Of a DNA stretch of 36,582 nucleotides, positions 11,552-21,907 are shown piece by piece. How positions within the stretch are numbered: the stretch's first letter is position 1; each line of letters opens with the position of its first letter. The stretch spans positions 82,789,122 through 82,825,703 of the forward strand of contig NC_057718.1 in assembly GCF_004010195.1 (NCBI RefSeq), in the 5' to 3' direction. The notes beneath the pieces are model-generated. The model made no database searches. It was given only the letters and a program-made list of their open reading frames with translations, and was not told the DNA's origin. A program made the translations under genes and the position numbers. Source of the stretch: Chiloscyllium plagiosum (Eukaryota).

Positions 11552-12780
11552 TTAAATAAAAGCTGAAAGAATTGCAGATGCTTGAAATCAGAAACAAAGG
11601 CAGAAATTGCTGGAAAAGCTCAACAGGTCTGGCAGCATCTGTGGAGAGAAATCAAAGTTAACATTTCGGGTCCAGTGACTCTTCCTCAGAACTAATGGTC
11701 ACTAGGAAAGTGTTGCTTTATATGCAGAAGTTAGGGCGGGGGAGGGGGATAAGGAGTAAACGATAGGTGGGGGTAGAGCCTAAAGAGAGAGAAGAACAGT
11801 TGGACAGACAAAGGAGTGGACAGTGATCTGGCTGGGTGGGTAAATAACTATAAATGGGGACTGTTAGTGGTGAACAATGGGTAATGTGGGATAAGGACAT
11901 GGGAGGGCTCAAGCCCTGAAATTGTTGAACTCGACATTGAGGCCATAGGGCTGCTGGGTCCCAATGCAGAAAATTAAGTGCTGCTCTTCCAACTTGCGCT
12001 GAGCTTTGCTGGAACACTGCAGCAAACCTGAGACAGAGATGTTGGCCAGGGAACAGGGTGGGCCGTTAAATGACAGGCAACTGGAAGCTCAGGGTCTTTT
12101 GTGCAGACAGAATGTAGGTGCTCTGTGAAGCAGTCACTCAGTTTACACATTTTCCCAATGTAGAGGAGACCACATTGTGAGCAGTGAATACTGTAGACTA
12201 AATTGTGGGAAGTGCAGATGAAATGCTGCTTCACTTGGAAGGTATGTTTGGACCTTTGGATATTGAGGAGGGAGGAAATAAACAAGCAGGCATTACACCT
12301 TCTGTAGTTGCAAGGCAAGGTGTTATGGGCTGTGGGTGGGTGGACGTTGGGAGTGAAGGAAGAGTGGACCAGGGTGTCCTGGAGAGAACGGTCCCTGTGG
12401 AAGGATTGACAAGGAAGGGGAGGGGAATATGTGTCTGGTGGTGGCATTTCACTGAAGGTGGCAAAAATGGCGGTTACTGATCCTGTGGATGTGGATACTG
12501 ATGGGATGGTAGGTAAAGACAAGGGGAACATTACCGCTGTTGCGGTAGGGTAAAGGCCAAAGTGCAGGAGATGTGTCAGATCCAGCTGGGGGCCCTGTTC
12601 ACCTCGGTTGAGGAAGAAGGTGGACATTTCGTAGACTCCCTTATTGAAGCTGGCATCATCAGAACAGATGTGAGGGAGATGGGGGAGCAAGGAAAATGGA
12701 GTAGAGTCTTTACAGGAAGTAGGGTGTGAGAATGTATAGTTAAGGTAACTGTGGGAGTCCCTGGGTTTGTTATGGACATC
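11552..12780 (-). mobile_element. Penelope-like element: RT C-terminus, GIY-YIG and terminal repeat with hammerhead (11656-11693)
   Basis: HNLVYSIHCSQCGLLYIGK, FHRDRSLQDTLVHS, ICSDDASF; agttCTGAGGAagagtcactggacccGAAATGTTaact on the minus strand. Confidence 0.88.
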
Positions 12781-12789
12781 TAAGATCCT

Positions 12790-13120
12790 GAAAAATCTTT
12801 AGGATGAGGCTGTGGAGAGGGCGTTCCCTTGTATGGGTGAATGTAAAACTGCTTAAAATAAGGGGCTACCATTTAAGACAGAGATTAAAGGCATCTTTCA
12901 TTTCTTTCAGAGGGTTGAGTGTTTGGATTTGTCTTCCTCAAAACTGGTGGAGTGGACTCTTTGAATATTTTTAAGGCCAAGATAGATGGACGGTTGATGA
13001 GAAAGGAGGTGAAAGAGTATTGGGAATAAACAGGAACCTGGAATAATCAAATCAGGAATGATGTTATTACATTGTCACCAAGCTAGAAGAGTCAAATAGC
13101 TTACTCCAGCTCCTAATTTA
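12790..13120 (+). mobile_element. Decayed CR1-type 3' fragment
   Basis: ccatttaagacagag, gaatatttttaaggc..gatagat, ttactccagctcctaat, shared with CR1 tails such as 35664-36445. Confidence 0.55.
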
Positions 13121-13139
13121 TATGTTCACTGTTGAAGAC

Positions 13140-13252
13140 ACGCAAACACGGGGAGAATGTGCAAACTCCACACAGACTGAGGCGGGAATTGAACCCGGGT
13201 CTCTGGCGCTGTGAGGAAGCAGTGCTAACCACTGTACCACCGTGCCGCCCAA
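13140..13252 (-). mobile_element. HE1-type SINE 5' part
   Basis: Reverse complement ggcggcacggtggtacagtggttagcactg...gggttcaattcc. Confidence 0.85.
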
Positions 13253-13273
13253 AGCCAAGTACAGTACTGAACA

Positions 13274-13538
13274 GTTCCTGAAGAAGGGCTTATGCCCGAA
13301 ACGTCGATTCTCCTGTTCCCTGGATGCTGCCTGACCTGCTGCGCTTTTCCAGCAACACATTTCCAGCACAGGACTGTACAGGGTCCAGGCTATGCAGTAC
13401 AAAACCACATGGGAAAAGTGACGACTACAGATGCTGGAGATCAGAGCCAAGAGTTTGGCGCTGGAAAAACACAGCAGGTCAGGCAGCACCCGAGGAGCAG
13501 GAGAATTGATATTTCGGGCATAAGCCCTTCATCAGGAG
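13274..13538. mobile_element. Inverted pair of Penelope-type terminal repeats, each with a hammerhead core
   Basis: + strand CTGAAGAaGGGCttatGCCC GAAACGTC at 13278-13305; inverted copy CTGATGAagggcttatgcccGAAATATC at about 13504-13538. Confidence 0.8.
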
Positions 13539-14145
13539 TGACAAAACTACCTGCCTGGCTTCCCTTGCCAGAGGAGGACTATCTAGTGAAACAGTGAAAA
13601 TGACATCACAGACAGGCCAGTCCCTTAAAAAAGCAAAGAGGCAAGGAGTGAAGAAAATACATTGGAGTGTCTGGTGATAGAAATGGTCAATGATGATCCT
13701 GTAGTAATGGGGACTGGAGAAGTTCACACAAACAGAATTCCAAACTGGATTTAACTAGGTTTCCTGCCAACATCCACAAAACAAAAATGTAATGGGAAAG
13801 AATGAGAATTATTTCAAAGTTTCTATGTTGAAAATGGGGTCATCAAGGTCAACCTCATAGAGATGGAAAGTCATCATGTTTCTGATGGCCCCTAATTGTA
13901 GTTATCTTCCAGTGTGAAAAGGATAATGGGAGGTGCCTCAAAGAGGATTTGCTAATTGGCTTATTTCAAATCCTTGATTGTTCAAAAAAGTCACAACGAG
14001 GTTAGGTTTAATACTATAATATTGGGATAGTTAACTTAGTTATTTAATATGCTTTTGTTCTTAACTAACTTATCAATTTGTAGGAATGGCTGGGGCAATT
14101 ATTGAGCTTATCGTATTACATAATTTTGTCCTTCACAAGGATTTG

Positions 14146-14180
14146 AATAAAAAGCTGGTTGTCAATGTATCTCTTCAGTC
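14146..14180 (+). promoter_or_regulatory. Candidate core promoter of the cystatin gene
   Basis: TATA-like AATAAAAA at 14146-14153 and initiator-like TCAGTC (A at 14177) about 30 nt downstream, 27 nt before the ATG. Confidence 0.55.
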
Positions 14181-14203
14181 ACTTGCTGTAGAGTGAGGGA
14201 AAG

Positions 14204-14410
14204 ATGGCAGCTATCTGGATCGGTGTGTGTGCCCTACTTTCTGCTGCTTTCTTCACCTCAACTTCAGCAATAAATGATGAAGAGGGTCTTCTTGGTCAGC
14301 GTTTCGAGGTAGATGTGACCAACAAATATGTTCAAAAAGCTGCTGCGTTCATAAAAGAAGAGTCACTTTCCGATCATCAAAAAATCACAGTGGAGAAAGC
14401 TCAACAGCAG
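14204..14410 (+). CDS. Type-2 (secreted) cystatin-like gene, coding exon 1 (aa 1-69)
   Basis: ATG in good context (aagATGG); hydrophobic signal peptide MAAIWIGVCALLSAAFFTSTSA; N-terminal LLG; helix-like VQKAAAF; ends KAQQQ followed by CAG|gtaaca donor in phase 0, the intron position after the Q of QxVxG seen in type-2 cystatins. Confidence 0.9.
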
Positions 14411-14581
14411 GTAACAATGTAGTGGGCCTTGCCTACATTGATTATTTATCTGTGTCCCTTTGTATATAATCACTACTACTGTGCAACAATGTTAAATTCC
14501 AGGGACTTTCCTTACCCTCCTTAATAAGGATAAGCAGGAGCCAAATTTGAATTTTCAGCGTTGTCCTGTTGTGGTAAATGC

Positions 14582-14941
14582 CATAGAGTCATAGAGTCAT
14601 AGAGGTGTACAGCATGGAAACAGACCCTTCGGTCCAACCCGTCCATGCCGACCAGATATCCCAACCCAATCTAGTCCCACCTCCAGCACCCGGCCCATAT
14701 CCCTCCAAACCCTTCCTATTCATATACCCATCCAAATGCCTCTTAAATGTTGCAATTGTACCAGCCTCCACCACATCCTCTGGCAGCTCATTCCATACAC
14801 GTACCACCCTCTGCGTGAAAAAGTTGCCCCTTAGGTCTCCTTTATATCTTTCCCCTCTCACCCTAAACCTATGCCCTCTAGTTCTGGAACTCCTTGACCC
14901 CAGGAAAAAGACTTTGTCTATTTATCCTATCCATGCCCCTC
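14582..14941 (-). mobile_element. Young CR1 3' end in cystatin intron 1
   Basis: RGNFFTQRVVRVWNELPEDVVEAGTIATFKRHLDGYM; (catagagt)n tail. Confidence 0.92.
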
Positions 14942-15079
14942 TTTAACAATTTACCAACAGTTTTCTGAGGTTTATGAAAATGCTTTGCAGAGACTTATGA
15001 CAACTCTGGTCACTGCCAGCTCGGTGCAAGATTTTCACTGAGACCAGAATTCTCAAGCACTGAGAAGATCAGCAACTTT

Positions 15080-15340
15080 ACAGAAGATTTGTAGCTCAGG
15101 TCGAAGTTCTGGTTGTAAGTTTGCTCGCTGTTGTGGTAGGGAAGAGAGGCTGTAAGGGCCGAAGTGCAGGAGGTTTGACGGGGGCCCTGTTCACCACAGG
15201 GCTGGGGCGTCCTCAGTTGAGGAAGAAGGTGGACATTTCATAGGCTCCCTTGTTGAAGCTGGCATCATGGGAACAGATGCAACAGAGATGGAGGAAAAAG
15301 GAGTCCCTTCCAGCTCAGCGAGCAAACTTATATCCAGAAC
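15080..15340 (-). mobile_element. Penelope fragment flanked by a 25-bp inverted repeat
   Basis: 15131-15305 resembles 12535-12700; inverted repeat 15106-15130 / 15316-15340 (2 mismatches). Confidence 0.65.
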
Positions 15341-16489
15341 TGAAAAGATCAATTGGATGCCAGAAAAAGTCTGAAGTCTGGTAGGCTCAGGGTAATAATG
15401 TGCTAATTCAGATATGCTACATTGGTGTATCATGATAAAGCACAGAATCAGCATGAATTCATTCCTCCTAATCGTCCATTTTTGATTAGCAGGGCCACTA
15501 ATTTCTATCTTCACAGCAAAAGAACAGAATAGACACTTGTAAAATCCAGAAATAATATCTGTTGACTTAATTTACTTATATTTGACTCAATCGTTATGCA
15601 TTAGTCTTAAGTTGTTTCATTGCTTGAAGATGATACATAACTATAGCCGAATGGAAATTTTTCCTTGCCCTAAATCCAGATATAATATGGTGAGGTTAAA
15701 GTAGTTGATACATAAATAAATTTACGTTTGCTCAGTGATAGCACTCTCAACCCTGAATTAGGCCGCTTTCAAACTGACTATTAAAGCAGTGCTACAATTT
15801 TGAATAAGGCATTAAACCAATTGGCTCTGCCTGATTATTTTGGGGAGTAGAAGTGATCAGGAGATATCCTTTAAAGGAATTGTTCAAGAGTCCTGACTAA
15901 CAATTATCTGTCAACATCATTACAGAGTAGCTGGTCATTTATCTCATAGCTGTTTTCTGATGTGCACAAAATAGCTATTACACCTAACAGTACTAACCAC
16001 ATTTGAAGTTGTGAAAGTGTAATCACACCATTTGTTTATATTTACCTGTTTTATTGGTGTCTCTTTTAATTTAGTTATTCACTAGATATTCTTCTTGATT
16101 CTTATCCTCAAGTCCTGAAGACACCTAGCTTGGCTGCACAATTTAAAAAAAAATTCATTTCAAATCCCACTATGTTCTGCTCTTCTCTATCCTTGTAACT
16201 TCCAGCTCTCTAAGAAACATTTTTCTAATTCTGGCTTGTTGCACATTCCCAACTTTGCTAACATGCCTTCAGCCGCTAAGTTCTGAAACACTGGCGCTCC
16301 CTTCCCAGAACCCTTTGCCCTGCCAACTTTAAGATGATGCTTAAAATTAAAATCTCTTCGAAGCTTTTGAGCTTTTAACTGAATAGCTCGGTCTTGCATC
16401 TGCGTCAATATCTTACCAAAGATGTTCCTCTGACGAACATTGGAATAATTTACTATGTTAAAAGCAATACATAAATACAAATTGTTGTC

Positions 16490-17620
16490 GTTAGTGAAGG
16501 CCAGGTGGACCTTATTGGTGTTGTAGGAGGGAAGAGAAGAGGTGAGGGCTGAAGGGTGGGAAATAAGTTGGACATGGCTGAGGGTCCTGTTTACCACAGT
16601 GGTGGAGAATCCCTGGTAGAGGTAAAAAATGGGCATTTCTGAAACACCCTAATCTCTTAAAGATGGCATCGTTAGGGCAGGTGCAATGGTGATGGAGAAA
16701 CTCAGAGAAAAGGATAGAGTCTTTACAGGGAGCAGTATGAGAGAATGTATAGTCCAGGTAACCTTGGGAGTCAATGGGTTTGTAATGAATATTGGTATCC
16801 AACCGATTGCCAGAAATGGATACAGGGACGTTGCGGAAGGGAAAGGAGGAGTCAGAGATGGACCAGGTGAAGGTGAGGGTGGGGTGGAAATTGGAAGCGA
16901 AATGGATAAACTTCTCCAATTCCAGAAGAGAGAGGGAAGCAGTAGCAAAGATGTCACCAAAGGAAGACTTGTGGGTGGAGCTCGAGTTGGACTGGAACAA
17001 CGACTGTTCCACGCACCCAAAAAAAGTGACAGGCATAAGTGGGGCCCATGCAGGGACCCGTGGCCAACTCTTTGGCCTGAAGAAAGTGAGAGGAGTTAAA
17101 GGACAAGTTGTTCGAAGTGAGGGTGAGCTTGGCCAGGCGGAGGAGGGTGGTGATGAATGGGGACAGTTCAGGCCTTTCTTCCAGGACGAAGTGGAGAGCC
17201 CTGAGACCATCCTGATGGGGGATGGACGTGGAAAGGGATTGCACATCCATGAAGAAGGAGATTCAGCTGGTGCCTGCAAACTGGGAATTTTGAAAATGAT
17301 GTAAAGTGTCAGCAGAATCGTGGATGTAAGTAGGAAGGGACTGGGCAAAGGGAGAAAAAAATTGAGGTAGGAAACAATAAGCTCCGTAGGACAGATACAA
17401 CGGGTCTGCCCGAGTGACCTTGTTTGTGGATTTTGGGAAGGAGGTCGAAATGATATGGGGTTGGGGGGAAAGCCATGAGGTGAGAGGCTGTGGAGGGGAG
17501 ATCCGTACATGATCTGAGGTGAACACAATGGTCTGATGCTCGATGGTGGGCTGATGGAGGGTGGGGGGGGGAATAGGATGAGGTGTCCAAGAGCTGGTGC
17601 TGACCTTCTCCAAGGGTCAC
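16490..17620 (-). mobile_element. Penelope-like reverse transcriptase remnant in cystatin intron 1
   Basis: LLPKIHK, MDVQSLSTSIPHQDGL, NNLSFNSSHFLQAKELATGPCMGPTYAC, FASNFHPTLTFTWSIS, TNIHYKPIDSQGYLDY in shifting frames. Confidence 0.9.
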
Positions 17621-17768
17621 CAAACAATAACAGCAATATCCTTGTCAGCAGCTCCTGGCCTACTAGGAGCTTGTTAAAAATCTGAATGTCACAAAATGTC
17701 ATTGATTATTGACTTTCAGCAATTGATTTTGTAACATTGGCTAATGTTCAACATGTTATTGTTATCAG

Positions 17769-17834
17769 GCTGTTGGCGGATTGATGCTGTATCTAACCAT
17801 TACCATTGAATCGGAAATGCAGACCAGTGTGACA
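17769..17834 (+). CDS. Cystatin-like gene, coding exon 2 (AVGGLMLYLTITIESEMQTSVT)
   Basis: CTAAT branch-like site 17741-17745, ttatcag acceptor, ACA|gtaaga donor; 66 nt, phase 0-0; splicing to exon 1 creates Q-A-V-G-G (QxVxG) followed by a YLTITI beta strand. Confidence 0.88.
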
Positions 17835-18044
17835 GTAAGAAATGCTTTGTATTGTTACTAATTACAGCGAAAACAGTGAATTAGCTTTCTTCTTTAGCGT
17901 GCAGACAACTTGGACATGCTGGTATTTACACCCTGACCAAAGTGCATACTTGACACCAGCCATTCCGCTCCCTCAGAGTCATTTTACTGTTATTTTGGAA
18001 GTTACTTTGCTTGTGCTCGGGAGTACAATTATAATAGACCAAGC

Positions 18045-18430
18045 CCAAAGAACTGCGAATACTATAAATCAGAAACGAAAGCAGAATTGCTGGAAAAGCT
18101 CAGCAATCTGGCAGGGTATGCGGAGAGAAATCAGAGTTAACATTTCAAGTCCAGTGACCCTTCCTCAGAAATGGAAGCTCAGGGACTTTTTTTTTTTGCA
18201 GTCACACAGTCTACACTTCACTTCCCCAACATAGAGGAGACCACATTGTGAGCAGTGAATGCAATAGATGGTAGCTAGGAGAAAGCTGTATTTTATGTAG
18301 AGGACTTTTAAAGGGCTTTTGCCTGAAACGTCGATTCTCCTGCTCCACCAATGTTGCCTGAACTACTGTGCTTTTCCAGCACCATACTCTCAACCCTAAT
18401 CTCCAGCATCTGCAGTCCTCACTTTCACCA
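18045..18430. mobile_element. Penelope-type terminal repeats and small GIY-YIG scrap
   Basis: 18045-18172 matches 11565-11693 (minus hammerhead); 18225-18262 matches 12150-12190; 18310-18428 matches 13285-13360 and 21805-21907. Confidence 0.75.
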
Positions 18431-18834
18431 TTTTGGCTAATATACAGAGTGGAAAGTATTTAGGGTCATTGTACTCTGTCTCGAGCAGTTCATATTTAAT
18501 AGGACCACATCTCCCAATATACATTGCCTGGTGAATGAGAAAGGCATTGGTCAATAGTGAAGCCCATGCTGAAGGATTAATAGATGTGAAGTTAGGGGTT
18601 GAGTGATGTCAGAGGTTCACCCAGCTTTCAATTACATCGAGAATTGTAAGGTTAAATCCTCTGTGAGCTCCAAATGATATAAATCAGCTCAAGTCAATGC
18701 GCAGAGGATTTGAAGCAGAGATATCCACAACTGCGATAAGAATTTTAAATGTGCCTTAGCAAGTCATTATGCTAGCTGGTGTGAATGGGCAGGAAAAACA
18801 TCTAATTGCTGAACACTTCTTGAAAATGAGACAA

Positions 18835-19325
18835 AAAAGACCTGCAGATGCTGGAATCCAAGGTAGACAAGCAAAGGGCTGGGAGAACACAGCAAGCCAG
18901 GCAGCATCAACAGCTGGAGTCCTCCAGAAGGGTTACACCCGAAACATTGAATTAGAATTCCTACAGTGTGGAAACAGGCCCTTCGGCCCAACAGGTCCAC
19001 ACTGACCCTCCAAAGAGTATCCCACCCAGACCCATTCCCCTACCCTATTACTCTACATTTACCCTGACTAATGCACCCAACCTACACATCCCTGAACATT
19101 ATGGGCGTGGCCAATTCACCTGACCTGCACATCTTTGGACTGTAGGAGGAAACTGGAGCACCCGGAGGAAACCCACGCAGACACAGGGAGAATGTGCAAA
19201 CTCCACACAGGCAGTTGCCCGAGGCTGGAATCGAACCCAAGTCCCTGGTAGCAGTGCTAACCACTGAGCTTCTTCACTGGCTCATGCTGCCTGGCTTGCT
19301 GTGTTCTTTCAGCCTCCTGCCTGGA
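18835..19325. mobile_element. Fold-back Penelope-type terminal element split by an HE1 SINE (minus, about 18951-19268)
   Basis: Arms agaacacagcaagccaggcagcat / atgctgcctggcttgctgtgttct are inverted; HE1 consensus lies between them. Confidence 0.8.
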
Positions 19326-19642
19326 AATGGCAGCTTGGTAGCTTTGGAAGGAAACACTGCAGTGTCTGGTCATTCAGTATCTGGAAAAGAAGCTGTAGTG
19401 CCCAATAATAAAACCTTTTACTTTGATAAGAGAATAAATTATCAAACAAATGCCAACATTAACATTATTTTCTTTCTGAACTAATAGTCAGAGGTTGATT
19501 ACTGAGAAGCAGCACAAAGTGGATTACTAGATATGTTAAGTCACAGATTGATAGTGCCAAATTAGAACACTAATGGTTTTATTAGCAACAATGCAAGGTG
19601 GCTTTGTTATATTCACATGAAGATGTTTATTTTCCCTTTCAG

Positions 19643-19735
19643 AGATGTGAAGCCGCTGTGTTCAGCCGTCCCTGGCTCGAGCAAATGACTCTTGAAAGTT
19701 TTGACTGCAAAAGTCCTAACCAACTAATGATTTGA
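19643..19735 (+). CDS. Cystatin-like gene, coding exon 3 (RCEAAVFSRPWLEQMTLESFDCKSPNQLMI*)
   Basis: Strong polypyrimidine acceptor ttttccctttcag; PW motif; two Cys 20 residues apart as in the C-terminal cystatin disulfide; TGA at 19733-19735. Confidence 0.9.
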   Translation, partial: RCEAAVFSRPWLEQMTLESFDCKSPNQLMI

Positions 19736-19865
19736 TATCTTCTATACAAATCCTACCAACGTTATATTGTAAAGTTTCACATGTAGTTCTTATTGTAGTC
19801 TTCTCCAGGTTGCATGCAATGTTGGTTATTCATGAGGCATTGGCAACTTGGTTATAGTTATAAAA

Positions 19866-19871
19866 AATAAA
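19866..19871 (+). terminator. Candidate polyadenylation signal of the cystatin gene (alternative at 20014-20019)
   Basis: AATAAA 130 nt after the stop codon, followed by a GT/T-rich tract (tttgttttctt). Confidence 0.55.
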
Positions 19872-20244
19872 TAAGCATTATCCAAGCATTTGTTTTCTTA
19901 TTTGCCCTGAACACTGTCTATATCTTGCAGATCCTTTACACAACTACCCAGTTTTTTCATGAAAGTGACACCAATGTCCCTGTAGGCAATTAAGGAATGT
20001 CACCATTTGACAGAATAAAATTCAAGCTGTAATTCACAGTTACTTACCTTTGAAAGATTTGGTTCCCTGTAGCTGAGTGGCTTTGTTCATCATAAAACCC
20101 TGAAAGCATGTCTTTGTTCAATGGCAGGGATGGACATTGAAAAACATTTCCAAGTGATCCATTGAGCCATGGATATTGTCTCTTGCCCCGACAGGTGAGC
20201 TCTCAACTCTCCCACAGAAATGTCCTTATAAAGCCTGTCTAACT

Positions 20245-21143
20245 TATAGAGTCATACAGCATGGACGCTAACCCTTCAGTCTAGCCAATCCATGCCAACC
20301 ATAATTCCAAACAAAACCAGTCCCATCTGCCTGCTCTTGGCCCACAACCTTCCAAACCTTTCCTACTCATGTACTTATCCAGATGTTTTTTAAACCTTGC
20401 ACCTGTACCCACATCCACCACTTCCTCATGAAGTTCATTCTACACACAAACCACTGTTTGTGTAAAAAAGTTGCCTCTTATATCTTTTTAAAAATCTTTC
20501 TTACCTTAAGAATATGCTCCCTTGTATTGAAATCCCCCATCCTAAGGAAAAGACACCAGTCATATACACCTTATCCATAGCCGTAATAGAGTCATGGAGT
20601 CAGAGTGACATACAGCACGGAAGCAGACCCTTCGGTCCAACTTGTCCATGCTGACCAGATATCCTAAGCTAAATTAGCCCCATTTGCCAGCACTTGGCCC
20701 ATATCCCTCTACATCCTTCCTATTCATAAACCCATCGAAATGCCTTTTAAATGTTGTAACTGTACCAGCCTCCACCGCTTCCTCTGGCAGCTCATTCCAT
20801 ACACGCACCACCCTTTGTGTGAAAAAGTTGCCCCTTAGGTCCCTTTTAAATTTTTCCCACCTCATCCTGAACCTATGCCCTGATTTTATAAACCCCTATA
20901 CCTCAATATTGTACATTCCAGTGAAAAAAAGGCCCAGTCTATCCATCCTCTCTTTAAACCTCAATTTTCCATTCCCAGGAACATCCTGGTAAGTCTTTTC
21001 TGAACCCTCTCCAGTTTAATAATATCCTTCTTATAACAGGGTGACCAGAACTGCACACGTTGTGCCAGAAGAGGCCTCACCAATGTCCTGTACAGCCTCA
21101 ACATGATATCCTAACTCCTATACTCAAAAGTCTGAGCAATGAA
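20245..21143 (-). mobile_element. CR1 3' fragment with a second CR1 3' end nested at about 20586-20880
   Basis: Two atagagtcat tails; RDLRGNFFTQRVVRVWNELPEE; the outer copy resumes after 20880. Confidence 0.85.
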
Positions 21144-21764
21144 GTATTTACTTTTGGTGATTGCCAGGTTTTCAGGTCTTTTGTTATTGTTCATTAGTAT
21201 TTCAGTTGACAAAAGAACTAAAGATTTAGGAACAGGAGTAGGCTAGCATTAAGAATCAAGATTATTTAAACATGATCTAGTTGAATTTTAATCTTACCTG
21301 TTGAATGTGGCTCATTTAAACCAGATACATTTAGAACACTTCAGGCAATCAAAAATGAAAAGAATAAAATTAGAATAATTTTAGAATAAAACTGTAGCGT
21401 TCGCCAAATATGGCTACGAAACTGATACAATGCTCAATTCTGAAACGCAGATATGACATTCGATTCAATTTGATTTTTTTAAAATAACTACAACACCAAA
21501 CTCAGTACGAAAAGCATTTCCCACAGCGTCTAATTTGTTGCAGCCCCTCAAAATCTTAATTGTCTTACTAAGGTCATTTCTCATTTTTGGGAACATTGAT
21601 GAATGATCCCTAACCTGCTCAACCATTCCCCACCTTCACCTCAGGGATCAGTCCAGTGAACACTCTCTGAACTGTTTCTGAAACAGATGTGTCCCATCTT
21701 AGGTAAGGAAGGAAAACCCTTTGCGATTCTCCAGGAATGCTCCAGTCAATACCTTATTTAGTTG

Positions 21765-21907
21765 TGAAAAATGTGTTGCTGGAAAAGCGCAGCAGGTCAG
21801 GTTACGCCTGAAACGTCGATTCTCCTGCTCCTTGGATGCTGCCTGACCTGCTGCGCTTTTCCAGCAACACATTTTTCAGCTCTGATCTCCAGCATCTGCA
21901 GTCCTCA
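21765..21907. mobile_element. Fold-back Penelope-type terminal repeat
   Basis: tgaaaaatgtgttgctggaaaagcgcagcaggtcagg is followed by its exact reverse complement at about 21842-21878; partial hammerhead (GAAACGTC only) in the loop. Confidence 0.8.

Noticed and set aside
14204..14422. 72-aa single-exon peptide as listed in the ORF track
   Set aside because: It is exon 1 read into the intron; splicing at 14410 completes the cystatin motif
16512..17702. 396-aa minus ORF and overlapping plus ORFs
   Set aside because: Decayed Penelope RT; motifs are spread over three frames
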